DNA of 64,000 nt from the IMG/VR virus record IMGVR_UViG_3300037296_000406. The stretch is one strand, 5' to 3'. Numbering within the stretch: the stretch's first letter is position 1; each line of letters starts with the position of its first letter. The notes beneath the pieces were generated by a model that was not told the origin of the DNA, did not search any database, and saw only the letters and a list, made by a program, of their open reading frames with translations. This DNA is from an uncultured virus (IMG/VR IMGVR_UViG_3300037296_000406). Taxonomy: Duplodnaviria > Heunggongvirae > Uroviricota > Caudoviricetes. Of the stretch, positions 8,865 to 17,736 are shown piece after piece. A program made the translations under genes and the position numbers.

Positions 8865-10016
8865 CTATTTCTTAAAGTTGCTATTACTAATAACTCTTCC
8901 TTTAAATAGATTATTCGGATAAATATTATCTCGAAGCCAATCTTTCTCTGTTTCAGATTCGCTCTCAGATACATAAGTGTACCATGCTCTACTGTCTTTA
9001 TTCCACATATAACCACGAGCTTTTAAAAAATCTTTTGTTTCATAAGGAGTATTGTCTGCAAAAATAATATATTCTTTTACTGTTTTCAAGTTACTGTCAA
9101 TATTTAAAACTTTCTTATTATCACTTTTAGTTTTAGAAAGAACAGTTAAATCTTTAAATCTATTTTTAGAATTCAAAACAACTTTTTCAACAGTCGTTGA
9201 TTTATATTTTGCTAATTTAGTAGTTAATTCATTTTCTATTTTTAGACATTCGGATTCATCTCTAAAGTACTTGTACCAAAATTTAGTATTAGCTTCCCAC
9301 ATAAAGTTGTGAAGATTGAAAATAGATTTTGAATCAAAAGGTGTATTTTTCGCTATTAGAAGGTATTCTTTATTATCAATATTATTATTTAAGTATTGAA
9401 AATACGTCATATCTTCGAGAGGTGTATTTTGTTGTAATAATTCAGCTAAAGCTTTAGTATCATTAATCGCTCTGTGTCCTACAAAATAAAATCCATGATA
9501 TTCACATAAAGATTCTTGATTTTTTTTAGGGAAATTCCAGTCATCCCAATCTAAATCTTTGATAGAGCAAGTCCAAGGAATATCTTTTAATGAATCTATT
9601 TTTTCTTCAACAAAAGGTCTGTCAAATTTACTATTATGTGCAACACAAAAATCTACACTTTCCATATCCTTATCAACTTCATCCCAATCTATTTTCTGAC
9701 CTTCTAGATCTTTATCAGTAATTCCTGTAATACGGATTATTTGTTCATCAAGTTTCTCTTGAGGATCTTCTAAACCGTTAAACTCTTTTAACACTTTTAC
9801 AATTTTACCTGTTTTCATAGAAACTTGTAATTTTAAATATCCGAGTTCTATTATTTTATGTTCTTTAGAGTTTAAACCTGTAGTCTCAACATCAATAACT
9901 AAAATGGTCTTTAGATCTATTATATCGTTGGGACTTAATGATAAACCTACAAAGGGCTTTATTAATATACATCCGTCTTCTTGTAATCCAATTCTTCTAT
10001 ATCTTAGCTTTTCCAT
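8865..10016 (-). CDS. DEDDh 3'-5' exonuclease (DnaQ-like) with two C-terminal repeat domains
   Basis: ExoI IDVETTG, ExoII AHNSKFD, ExoIII HRAINDT; two NTP(F/Y)..K......W.....WY units. Confidence 0.9.
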   Translation of the reverse strand: MEKLRYRRIGLQEDGCILIKPFVGLSLSPNDIIDLKTILVIDVETTGLNSKEHKIIELGYLKLQVSMKTGKIVKVLKEFNGLEDPQEKLDEQIIRITGITDKDLEGQKIDWDEVDKDMESVDFCVAHNSKFDRPFVEEKIDSLKDIPWTCSIKDLDWDDWNFPKKNQESLCEYHGFYFVGHRAINDTKALAELLQQNTPLEDMTYFQYLNNNIDNKEYLLIAKNTPFDSKSIFNLHNFMWEANTKFWYKYFRDESECLKIENELTTKLAKYKSTTVEKVVLNSKNRFKDLTVLSKTKSDNKKVLNIDSNLKTVKEYIIFADNTPYETKDFLKARGYMWNKDSRAWYTYVSESESETEKDWLRDNIYPNNLFKGRVISNSNFKK

Positions 10017-10036
10017 ATAATACCTATATACATTTT

Positions 10037-10675
10037 TTAAATTTTTTCTAAAAATAGTGAAAGGTTATTTGAATATTCCTTTTCATCCTCTAAAAACAAC
10101 TCTTTAGTTAGGGTGTCAAGATCCTGTAAAAATTTGTCGTTATCTTTTAATACAGTTTCTATTCTTGAAAATATTTCTTGATACTTTGATTCTTCTTCTA
10201 GATTATTCATTAAGTGGCTTAAAAATTTTTGTTTACCTATAGTTAATTGAATAGAATTTTCTAAATCTCCTTGATTATCTACTAAATAATTCATTATATA
10301 TTTAGATTTTTTTGAATCTAACAGACTGCATCCTTTACTATCCCAATCGGTCAGGTAGTAACTTTTGTATCTTTTTTTAGAATAATTTTCAACAATAAAC
10401 CAGATATTTACTAAGTCTTGCAATTGTGCATGCTTATGTCTACTGAATAACTGAATTTGGGCTTGCTCGTCTAAATAAAAAAAGACATAATTAAGAATTT
10501 TATTTAAATTATTTTGTATTTCTTGAGTTTTAATAAAGTGGTCAAATATAAAGAATGTAATAACTGTCATCATACTATAAGTCATAAATAATAAATTGTC
10601 TGTTATTAAATACAGTGTTGCAAAATAGGCTGAACCTATGAAAGAAAATACCTTATTAATTAGTAACTTAGTCAT
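10037..10675 (-). CDS. Hypothetical membrane protein
   Basis: Two N-terminal TM helices; CCATTTA 6 nt before the ATG; no SD. Confidence 0.7.
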   Translation of the reverse strand: MTKLLINKVFSFIGSAYFATLYLITDNLLFMTYSMMTVITFFIFDHFIKTQEIQNNLNKILNYVFFYLDEQAQIQLFSRHKHAQLQDLVNIWFIVENYSKKRYKSYYLTDWDSKGCSLLDSKKSKYIMNYLVDNQGDLENSIQLTIGKQKFLSHLMNNLEEESKYQEIFSRIETVLKDNDKFLQDLDTLTKELFLEDEKEYSNNLSLFLEKI

Positions 10676-10757
10676 ATTTATTAAATGGAAAAAAGCACTC
10701 CATGATTTATATTTTTGTTGAATTATTCCATTTAAAATTCTAAATAAGGGGTAAAAG

Positions 10758-13004
10758 TTGGGATATATATTAGTAATCGTTGAATCGCCATCAAAAGCAA
10801 AAACAATAGAGAAGTATTTAGGAAAAGATTATAAAGTAATTGCATCAAAAGGTCATATTTATGATCTACCTCCAAAAGAGCTTGGTATCGATTTACACAA
10901 TAACTTCAAAGAAACTTTGGTAGCGATAAAAGGAAAAGAAGACACTATCAAGTATATAAAGAAGATGGCTAAAGGAGCAGATAAGATTTTACTTGCGCCC
11001 GATCCAGATAGAGAAGGGGAAGCTATTGGTTTTCACCTAAAAAAGGCTGTTGGTTCATCTAAAGAGATTGCTAGAGTTACTTTTAATGCGATTACAAAAG
11101 AAGTTGTACAACATTCTGTAAAAAACCCCACTGAACTCAATAAAAATATGTATGCTTCTCAAAAGACTAGAAGAATTCTAGACAGATTAGTAGGATATAA
11201 AGTTTCTCCCATTCTCTGGGATAAAATTGCAACTGGACTAAGTGCAGGTAGAGTTCAGTCTGTCGCATTAAGAATTATTGTAGAAAGAGAAGATGAAATC
11301 AAAGCATTTAATCCAGAGAAATGGTTTTCTTTAACTGCTACATTAAATAAAGGACAAATTTTCGAAAGTAAATACTTTGGTAAAAACGCTAAAGATAAGA
11401 ATGTATTAAGTGATAAAGAAGAAGTTGAAGCTATTGTTAAAGACATAAAGGATAAACAATTTAAGTTAGTCAGTTCAACAACTAAAGATAAAATCCAAAG
11501 TCCAACTCCTCCATTTACGACTTCTAAATTACAACAAGAAGCTTCAGCTAAATTAGGTTTCTCAGCTAAATTAACTATGCAAATTGCACAAAAGCTTTAT
11601 GAAGGAAAGAGTCTTAAAAATCATGGAACTCATGGTTTGATTACTTATATGAGAACAGATTCTGTTCGAACAGATGATAAAACATTAGATGGACTTAGAG
11701 AATATATTTTAGAAAATTATGGAAAAGAATTATTGTCAGAAGATAAAATAATACATAAAAAGAAAGGTTCTGGTGATGCGAAGACTCAAGACGCCCATGA
11801 ATCAATTAGACCTGCATCATTAAAATTCAAGCCTGATGATATTAAAGATGATTTATCTGAAGAAGAGTACAAATTATATAACCTTATTTGGAATAAGTTC
11901 GTAACATCTCAAATGGCATCGGCTATTATTGAAAACACTACTTATATTTTTGACTGTGCTGGTCACCACTTTAAGACTAGTGGTAATGTTTTAAAATTCT
12001 CTGGATTTAAGACTGTTTACGATGAAGAAAAAAAAGAAAAAAAATCTAAGAAAGGTGAAGATGATAATGAGGAATCTAATGCGGAACTTCCTTTAATAAT
12101 TCAAGATGAATTAGTTAATCAAGAAAAAGATGCAATATCAAAAGAGAATCTAACTTCTCCTCCAGCAAGATATAGTGAAGCAACTTTAGTAAAAGAGTTA
12201 GAAGATAAAGGCGTTGGTAGACCAAGTACATATGCGGCTATTATTGAAAACATTAAAAATAAAAAATATGTAGAACATTTTCAGAAAAGATTTAGACCAA
12301 CAGAACTTGGTGAAGTTTTATGTAAAATGTTAATTAAATATTTTCCATTAACTTTCGATGTTAAGTTTACAGCTAAAATTGAAAAAGAACTTGACTCTAT
12401 AGAAGAAGGTACTGAGAAGTGGACTGAAGTTTTAAATAATTTCTGGAATGGTCTTCATGAAAAAATAAATGAAGCATATCAAAAAATGCCATCGTTAAAA
12501 CCTTTAGGAATTCCAACTGGTCAAGAATGCTCAAAGTGTGAATTGGGTAAGTTAACTTTTATTTGGAAAAAAAATATTTCATTTCTAGATTGCGATAGGT
12601 GTGAATATTCTTCAAAAGCTGAACTTGAAAAAATTGGTCATTTTAAAGAAAAGTCTCTTGGTGCCAATCAAAAACCTTGTATTAAATGTGGTGGAATTAT
12701 GGAAATAAAAAGTGGTAAATATGGAGAATTTTGGGCATGTACAAACTATCCAGATTGTAAAAAAACTATGCCAGTTACTACGGGGGTAAAATGTCCTCAA
12801 TGTAATAAGGGCGAATTCGTCAAGAAAGTTTCAAAAAAAGGAAATACATTTTGGGGATGTTCTAATTTCCCTAATTGTAAAAGCGTACTTTGGGGAGAAC
12901 CCGTAGTTCAAGCTTGTGTCCACTGCAGACATCCTTTATTATATAAAGATAATAGAAGCGGAAAACTACAATGCGCTAGTGCTCAATGTAAGAAATATAA
13001 TTAA
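10758..13004 (+). CDS. topA: DNA topoisomerase I (type IA) with C-terminal zinc ribbons
   Basis: VIVESPSKAKTI, DPDREGEAI, SAGRVQS, catalytic LITYMRTDS, GVGRPSTYA, C4 Zn ribbons; TTG start with SD. Confidence 0.97.
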   Translation: MGYILVIVESPSKAKTIEKYLGKDYKVIASKGHIYDLPPKELGIDLHNNFKETLVAIKGKEDTIKYIKKMAKGADKILLAPDPDREGEAIGFHLKKAVGSSKEIARVTFNAITKEVVQHSVKNPTELNKNMYASQKTRRILDRLVGYKVSPILWDKIATGLSAGRVQSVALRIIVEREDEIKAFNPEKWFSLTATLNKGQIFESKYFGKNAKDKNVLSDKEEVEAIVKDIKDKQFKLVSSTTKDKIQSPTPPFTTSKLQQEASAKLGFSAKLTMQIAQKLYEGKSLKNHGTHGLITYMRTDSVRTDDKTLDGLREYILENYGKELLSEDKIIHKKKGSGDAKTQDAHESIRPASLKFKPDDIKDDLSEEEYKLYNLIWNKFVTSQMASAIIENTTYIFDCAGHHFKTSGNVLKFSGFKTVYDEEKKEKKSKKGEDDNEESNAELPLIIQDELVNQEKDAISKENLTSPPARYSEATLVKELEDKGVGRPSTYAAIIENIKNKKYVEHFQKRFRPTELGEVLCKMLIKYFPLTFDVKFTAKIEKELDSIEEGTEKWTEVLNNFWNGLHEKINEAYQKMPSLKPLGIPTGQECSKCELGKLTFIWKKNISFLDCDRCEYSSKAELEKIGHFKEKSLGANQKPCIKCGGIMEIKSGKYGEFWACTNYPDCKKTMPVTTGVKCPQCNKGEFVKKVSKKGNTFWGCSNFPNCKSVLWGEPVVQACVHCRHPLLYKDNRSGKLQCASAQCKKYN

Positions 13005-13075
13005 ATGATCTTATAATTATTATTTTTTTTAATTTTGTATTTTTTATTAGTATATAACACTAATAAGGAGTTACA

Positions 13076-13555
13076 ATGAACATCAGTACAATTGCACAAG
13101 GTTACGTATTAGGGAAATTATATTTATTCTTATTTAAATGCTTAAGTATTTTATTCATCCCTGTTATTATACTATATTTTTGTTTTATTTTCTCGTTTAC
13201 ATATAAGCCTTCGCCAAAAGAGCTTGAAAATTATCCCCCTCTATTATCTTCGGAGTTTGTTCAAGAAAGTACTTCACACCTCAGATATAATGTTAGAGTA
13301 GTATTAGCTAGCTTTGCTCCAATGAATGTAAATCACTTTAACGATCTTTCTCCTGAACAGATTAAGAATTTTCCAAAAATGAAAGATGCTTTTTTAACAA
13401 AGACTGAGCCAAATATTTTCAGAGAATTTGCTATATTTCTACCTAGGTATCAAAAGGGTTTAACACGTCTTTATGGAAAAATAACTAAAAAAATAGTTGC
13501 TCATTTTAAAGATAAGCCTATTGCTAAATTAAATTGGGATATTACTAAAAAGTAA
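13076..13555 (+). CDS. Hypothetical membrane-anchored protein
   Basis: N-terminal TM segment; SD AAGGAG. Confidence 0.7.
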   Translation: MNISTIAQGYVLGKLYLFLFKCLSILFIPVIILYFCFIFSFTYKPSPKELENYPPLLSSEFVQESTSHLRYNVRVVLASFAPMNVNHFNDLSPEQIKNFPKMKDAFLTKTEPNIFREFAIFLPRYQKGLTRLYGKITKKIVAHFKDKPIAKLNWDITKK

Positions 13556-13589
13556 TAGAGATCATTTTAATTTACCCATTTAGAGATTT

Positions 13590-14384
13590 ATGAGTACGAA
13601 AATAATTTCATTAGTAAATCAAAAAGGTGGTGTAGGTAAAACTACAAGTTCTATTAATATCGCTAGTGCATTATCTAAGAGAGAAAAAAAAGTCTTGTTA
13701 ATTGATTTAGACCCTCAAGGAAATTGTTCTACTGGTTTAGGTGTTAAGAAAGAACTTTTTCACTCAGCAAATATATATCACTGCTTATTGGGATCCAAAA
13801 ATATTAAAGACTGTATTTATTCAACTTCTAATGATTTATTAGATCTTATGCCTTCCGATATAAATCTTTCTGCGACTGAATTAGATTTAGCTAATGAAAT
13901 GGCTAGAGAATCTCGACTAAAAAACTCTTTAGAAGAAATAAAAGGTGTATATGATATAATTATAATTGATTGTCCACCATCTTTAAGTTTACTTACAATC
14001 AATGCCCTAAATGCTAGTACTCACTATATAGTTCCTATGTTGCCTGAGATGTATTCACTAGAAGGATTCTCTCATATTCAACGAACCACTCAAAAAGTTC
14101 AACAATTTTTAGGAAATCCTATTATAAATTTAGGTGTTCTACTTACTATGGTTGATAAAAGAAATAATCTACATAAAGAAATGAGTACTTATTTAAGAAA
14201 CAATATTAAATCTTATATGTTTGAAAATGTAATACCTAGAAACATTAAATTATCAGAAGCTGTTAATTTTGGAAAAAGTATTTTTGATTATAATAAAAAA
14301 GCAATAGGAGCTTTAGCCTATGAATTAGTAGCTGAAGAGTTGCTTAATCAAGTTGGTGAAGATAAAGAGGATAATAATGAATAA
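13590..14384 (+). CDS. parA: ParA/Soj partition ATPase
   Basis: Deviant Walker A NQKGGVGKTT, IDLDPQGN, IIDCPPSL, IPRNIKLSEA. Confidence 0.96.
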   Translation: MSTKIISLVNQKGGVGKTTSSINIASALSKREKKVLLIDLDPQGNCSTGLGVKKELFHSANIYHCLLGSKNIKDCIYSTSNDLLDLMPSDINLSATELDLANEMARESRLKNSLEEIKGVYDIIIIDCPPSLSLLTINALNASTHYIVPMLPEMYSLEGFSHIQRTTQKVQQFLGNPIINLGVLLTMVDKRNNLHKEMSTYLRNNIKSYMFENVIPRNIKLSEAVNFGKSIFDYNKKAIGALAYELVAEELLNQVGEDKEDNNE

Positions 14385-15234
14385 AAAAAGTTTGATTGGT
14401 AATGGTGTAAATAGTTTCTTTAATCAAGAAAATGATGCTTCAACTCCTGAGGGAGACTCTCTAGTAGAATTAGATGTTGATTTAATTATAGAAAATGAAT
14501 TTCAGCCGAGAACAGCTTTTGATGATGATAAAATTCTTGAACTAAGTCATTCAATAAAAGAAAATGGAATACTCCAACCTCTTACTGTAATAATAAATAA
14601 AGAAGGGAAGTATGAATTAATTGCCGGAGAAAGAAGGCTTAGGGCTTCTCGTCTAGCTGGATTAGAAAAAGTTCCTGTTATAATTAAAAACAATGTTACT
14701 TCTGAAAATAGGAGTTTACTTGCTATATTAGAGAATCTTCAAAGAGAAGATCTTAACTGTGTTGAACTAGCCGTATCTTATAAAAAGACTATGAGTGATT
14801 TTAAATTAAGTCAAGAACAATTATCTCAGAAATTGGGAGTTGCTAGAGCGAGCATAGCGAATTCACTCAGAATACTTAACTTGCCAGAAAAGGTTCTTGG
14901 ATATCTAGAAAAAGGTAAAATAAGCTTAGGTCATGGTAAAATTCTTGCAGGATTAAAAAGCACTGAGCAATGTATTTCTCTTGCAGAAAAAGTTGTTTAT
15001 GGAGAACTATCCGTAAAAAAATTATCAGAATTACTCAAAAAAGATTCTTTAAAAAATCAACCCACTAATGAAAGTATTTCAAATATTAAGTATAAAGAAC
15101 AGCAAAAAGAATTAATTATGTCAACAGGATTAGCTTTTGAAATCAAAGATAAGAAAGATGCTGGTGGAAAAATAGTTTTACACTTTAGTAATGATGAAGA
15201 ACTTAAGAAAATATTAGAATCTTTTTCTAAATAA
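14377..15234 (+). CDS. parB: ParB/Spo0J partition protein
   Basis: FQPRT, GILQPL, IAGERRLRA (CTP-binding arginine patch), ENLQREDLN, HTH. Start moved to ATG 14377 with SD GAGG, overlapping the parA end. Confidence 0.96.
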   Translation: MNKKSLIGNGVNSFFNQENDASTPEGDSLVELDVDLIIENEFQPRTAFDDDKILELSHSIKENGILQPLTVIINKEGKYELIAGERRLRASRLAGLEKVPVIIKNNVTSENRSLLAILENLQREDLNCVELAVSYKKTMSDFKLSQEQLSQKLGVARASIANSLRILNLPEKVLGYLEKGKISLGHGKILAGLKSTEQCISLAEKVVYGELSVKKLSELLKKDSLKNQPTNESISNIKYKEQQKELIMSTGLAFEIKDKKDAGGKIVLHFSNDEELKKILESFSK

Positions 15235-15236
15235 TA

Positions 15237-15818
15237 TTATTTTTTATTTAAATAATTAACTAAATAAATTGCAGCAGATTGTGAAGTACCTCTGAGGCTC
15301 TGAATACAATCGTTATCATTGTCTTTATCTTCTTTTATAACTTTATTTCCAAAATTTGAATAATTTTCACTATTTCCTATACAATATAAATTTTCAATAT
15401 TATATACACATGGATATACCTTGTGTATATCTATATTTTTTTTATCGTTGCCAGAAGACACAATAATTTTAATACCTAAATTACTCGCTAGATCAATTAA
15501 ATATTTTTCTTTTTTTGATTCTTTTTCTCCACTACTTGTATAGACAATATAGTCAACTTTAGATGCTATAGCTTCTTTTAAAGATTTTATTCTTCCATCA
15601 AATGTATTTTTGTGATTTAAGCTAATAATCTTAATGTTTTTATTAAACTTAGTTAATATACAAGCTATGTCGGTTCCATGATAATCATCAATCTTAGATT
15701 CTAATCCTATAACTTGTTTTTGAATATCTTCGTTTAAAGGATAAACTCCAGTATCTATAAGAGCTACTGTTTGAGCTTGTGCTAAGGTGATCATTGTCAT
15801 CATTATAATTATTATCAT
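15237..15818 (-). CDS. Minimal subtilisin-like (S8) serine protease, probably secreted
   Basis: Triad motifs VALIDTG, HGT and GTSQSA, plus oxyanion SSGN. Signal-like N-terminus from an ATG near 15818 (start uncertain). Confidence 0.8.
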   Translation of the reverse strand: MIIIIMMTMITLAQAQTVALIDTGVYPLNEDIQKQVIGLESKIDDYHGTDIACILTKFNKNIKIISLNHKNTFDGRIKSLKEAIASKVDYIVYTSSGEKESKKEKYLIDLASNLGIKIIVSSGNDKKNIDIHKVYPCVYNIENLYCIGNSENYSNFGNKVIKEDKDNDNDCIQSLRGTSQSAAIYLVNYLNKK

Positions 15819-15960
15819 AAATTGTATATACCTCAAAAATATTAAATTAATTAAAATTATATAATGATCTTTCATATAATATTTTCTTTATACAAAAAAT
15901 AAAAATATTCTTTTTTTTACCCATTTAGATTTTAATAATTAAATTGATAAGGAGATTTAA

Positions 15961-16347
15961 ATGGCTAAGAAAAAAGTAAATGGTTACAAGTACAAGATGT
16001 TAAAACCTGCAGACTATGACATGTTGAAAGGAATGACTCAAGAAGAGTTAGAAAAATCTTTTGTTAAAGCAAGAAAAAATGAACAGGCTGCTAAGAAAAA
16101 TAAAAAAGAAGATGAAGATTTAGTTGCTCTTAATGATAAAATTAAAAAGTACCGTTCAGAGAACATGCCAAAAAAGGTAAGTGAACTTCAAGATGAAATT
16201 AAAGAAATAAAAAAAGAAGTGGACGTTGATATTTACGATGAGCTTGAAGATAAAAAAGCATTATCAAAAGGTCATTCAAATATTGTAAAAGAATTTACTG
16301 AAACACAATCCGCAATATTAGAAATATTGAGAATGAGAGAAATTTAA
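15961..16347 (+). CDS. Hypothetical charged coiled-coil protein
   Basis: 128 aa; SD AAGGAG; CCATTTA at 15921-15927. Confidence 0.75.
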   Translation: MAKKKVNGYKYKMLKPADYDMLKGMTQEELEKSFVKARKNEQAAKKNKKEDEDLVALNDKIKKYRSENMPKKVSELQDEIKEIKKEVDVDIYDELEDKKALSKGHSNIVKEFTETQSAILEILRMREI

Positions 16348-16354
16348 AATATTT

Positions 16355-16378
16355 AGCCCTCTTAGTTGAGGGTTTTTT
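16355..16378 (+). terminator. Intrinsic terminator
   Basis: AGCCCTC-TTAGTT-GAGGGTT followed by a T-run. Confidence 0.7.
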
Positions 16379-17282
16379 ATTTTTTTAAATTTATATCTTT
16401 TAATCTTTCGTTCAACAATTTTTCAGCATTAATCTCTTCGTACTTTTCACCATCGCCTCTACAGCTATCGATGCACTTTAATGTTGCTTTTGGATTTGGA
16501 TGACAAAAAAATGGCATAGAGAACCTTCTATTGTTTTTATCTGAAGGATTTACAACTCTATGTGTTGTTGCTTTGAATTCATCATTAGTAATTCTAGTTA
16601 ACATGTCTCCAGAGTCAATAATTAAATAATTATAATTAGCTTCTATTGGAATCCAAACACCATCTTTCCCTAGTATCTCAAGACCTGTCTCCGAGGCTCC
16701 GGGCATAATTGTTATTAAGTTTATGTCTTCGTGTGCAGAAGCCCTTACATGACCCTTTTTAGCGTCTTTACCATCTAGTGGAGGATAATGAATGATTCTT
16801 AATACCGAATTCATATTAGTCATAATTTCTTTTAAATATTCTGGTGAAGTATCTAATCCTTTACCTAATAAAGCTTCTAATAAAATTTCGCTCATATTAT
16901 ACATTTGTCGATAGAGTTCTTTCATTGTTTTATTAAATTTAATATCATCTGTCCAAATATTTTTTATAGAGGTATGACTTAAAGCATCTTCATTGACGAC
17001 CTGAAAAAACTCTTTTAGATCATACCTTTTACTATCTTTTGCTTTTTCTATTCCAAAAGGAATATATCCCGATTGGAGAATCTTTTTATTTTTAAACTTA
17101 TTTTTATATTCAGTAGTTTTTAAAAAAAATTTTTCTACTTCTTTATATGAGTCAGAAATTAACTTGTCAGAAATAGGATGGTTTTTCATTATAACAAAAC
17201 CTGTATCTCTAAGACCTGTTTTTAAATCGTTGATAAAATGTTTTTCTTTACAATCTAAATAATCTAATGTTAAAACTTTCAA
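16377..17282 (-). CDS. 2-oxoglutarate/Fe(II) dioxygenase, isopenicillin-N-synthase-like family
   Basis: TGFVIMKNHPI, LRIIHYPP, HED...H iron triad, RFS motif; TTG start with SD AGGAG. Confidence 0.92.
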   Translation of the reverse strand: MKVLTLDYLDCKEKHFINDLKTGLRDTGFVIMKNHPISDKLISDSYKEVEKFFLKTTEYKNKFKNKKILQSGYIPFGIEKAKDSKRYDLKEFFQVVNEDALSHTSIKNIWTDDIKFNKTMKELYRQMYNMSEILLEALLGKGLDTSPEYLKEIMTNMNSVLRIIHYPPLDGKDAKKGHVRASAHEDINLITIMPGASETGLEILGKDGVWIPIEANYNYLIIDSGDMLTRITNDEFKATTHRVVNPSDKNNRRFSMPFFCHPNPKATLKCIDSCRGDGEKYEEINAEKLLNERLKDINLKK

Positions 17283-17335
17283 AAAAATCTCCTTTTAATA
17301 TTAATTAAATGGATTGTATTTCTTTATTTTATCAG

Positions 17336-17689
17336 TTATTCATTTTTATTTAATATTTTTGGTAAAAGAGCAAAAATAAGTAAAAATAAATAAACTGGAA
17401 TAAATAGTCTTAAATAATTTGATATATCTTGTTTACTAAATGATTCAACAACTATCTTATAAATATCGGGAGTAACAAATTTCATAAAAAATAAAGGAAC
17501 GAATGTCATTGACCCAAATATGTAAACCGCGATTAAGTGTGTTTTTGTTTTTTCAACAATTTCTTTTTTAGATTTTTTGTACAATACAATAACTTGAAAT
17601 GGTGTAATTAAAATAATTAAAGAAAAAAACAGTAAACCAACATAAAAAATAGGCATTAAAAAAATACATGAAACAAAATTAAAATCCAT
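17336..17689 (-). CDS. Three-TM membrane protein
   Basis: Hydrophobic segments; SD AAGGAG. Confidence 0.7.
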   Translation of the reverse strand: MDFNFVSCIFLMPIFYVGLLFFSLIILITPFQVIVLYKKSKKEIVEKTKTHLIAVYIFGSMTFVPLFFMKFVTPDIYKIVVESFSKQDISNYLRLFIPVYLFLLIFALLPKILNKNE

Positions 17690-17736
17690 AAAATCTCCTT
17701 AATTAAAATGTACCCCTTAAAATATAAAAAATTAAT

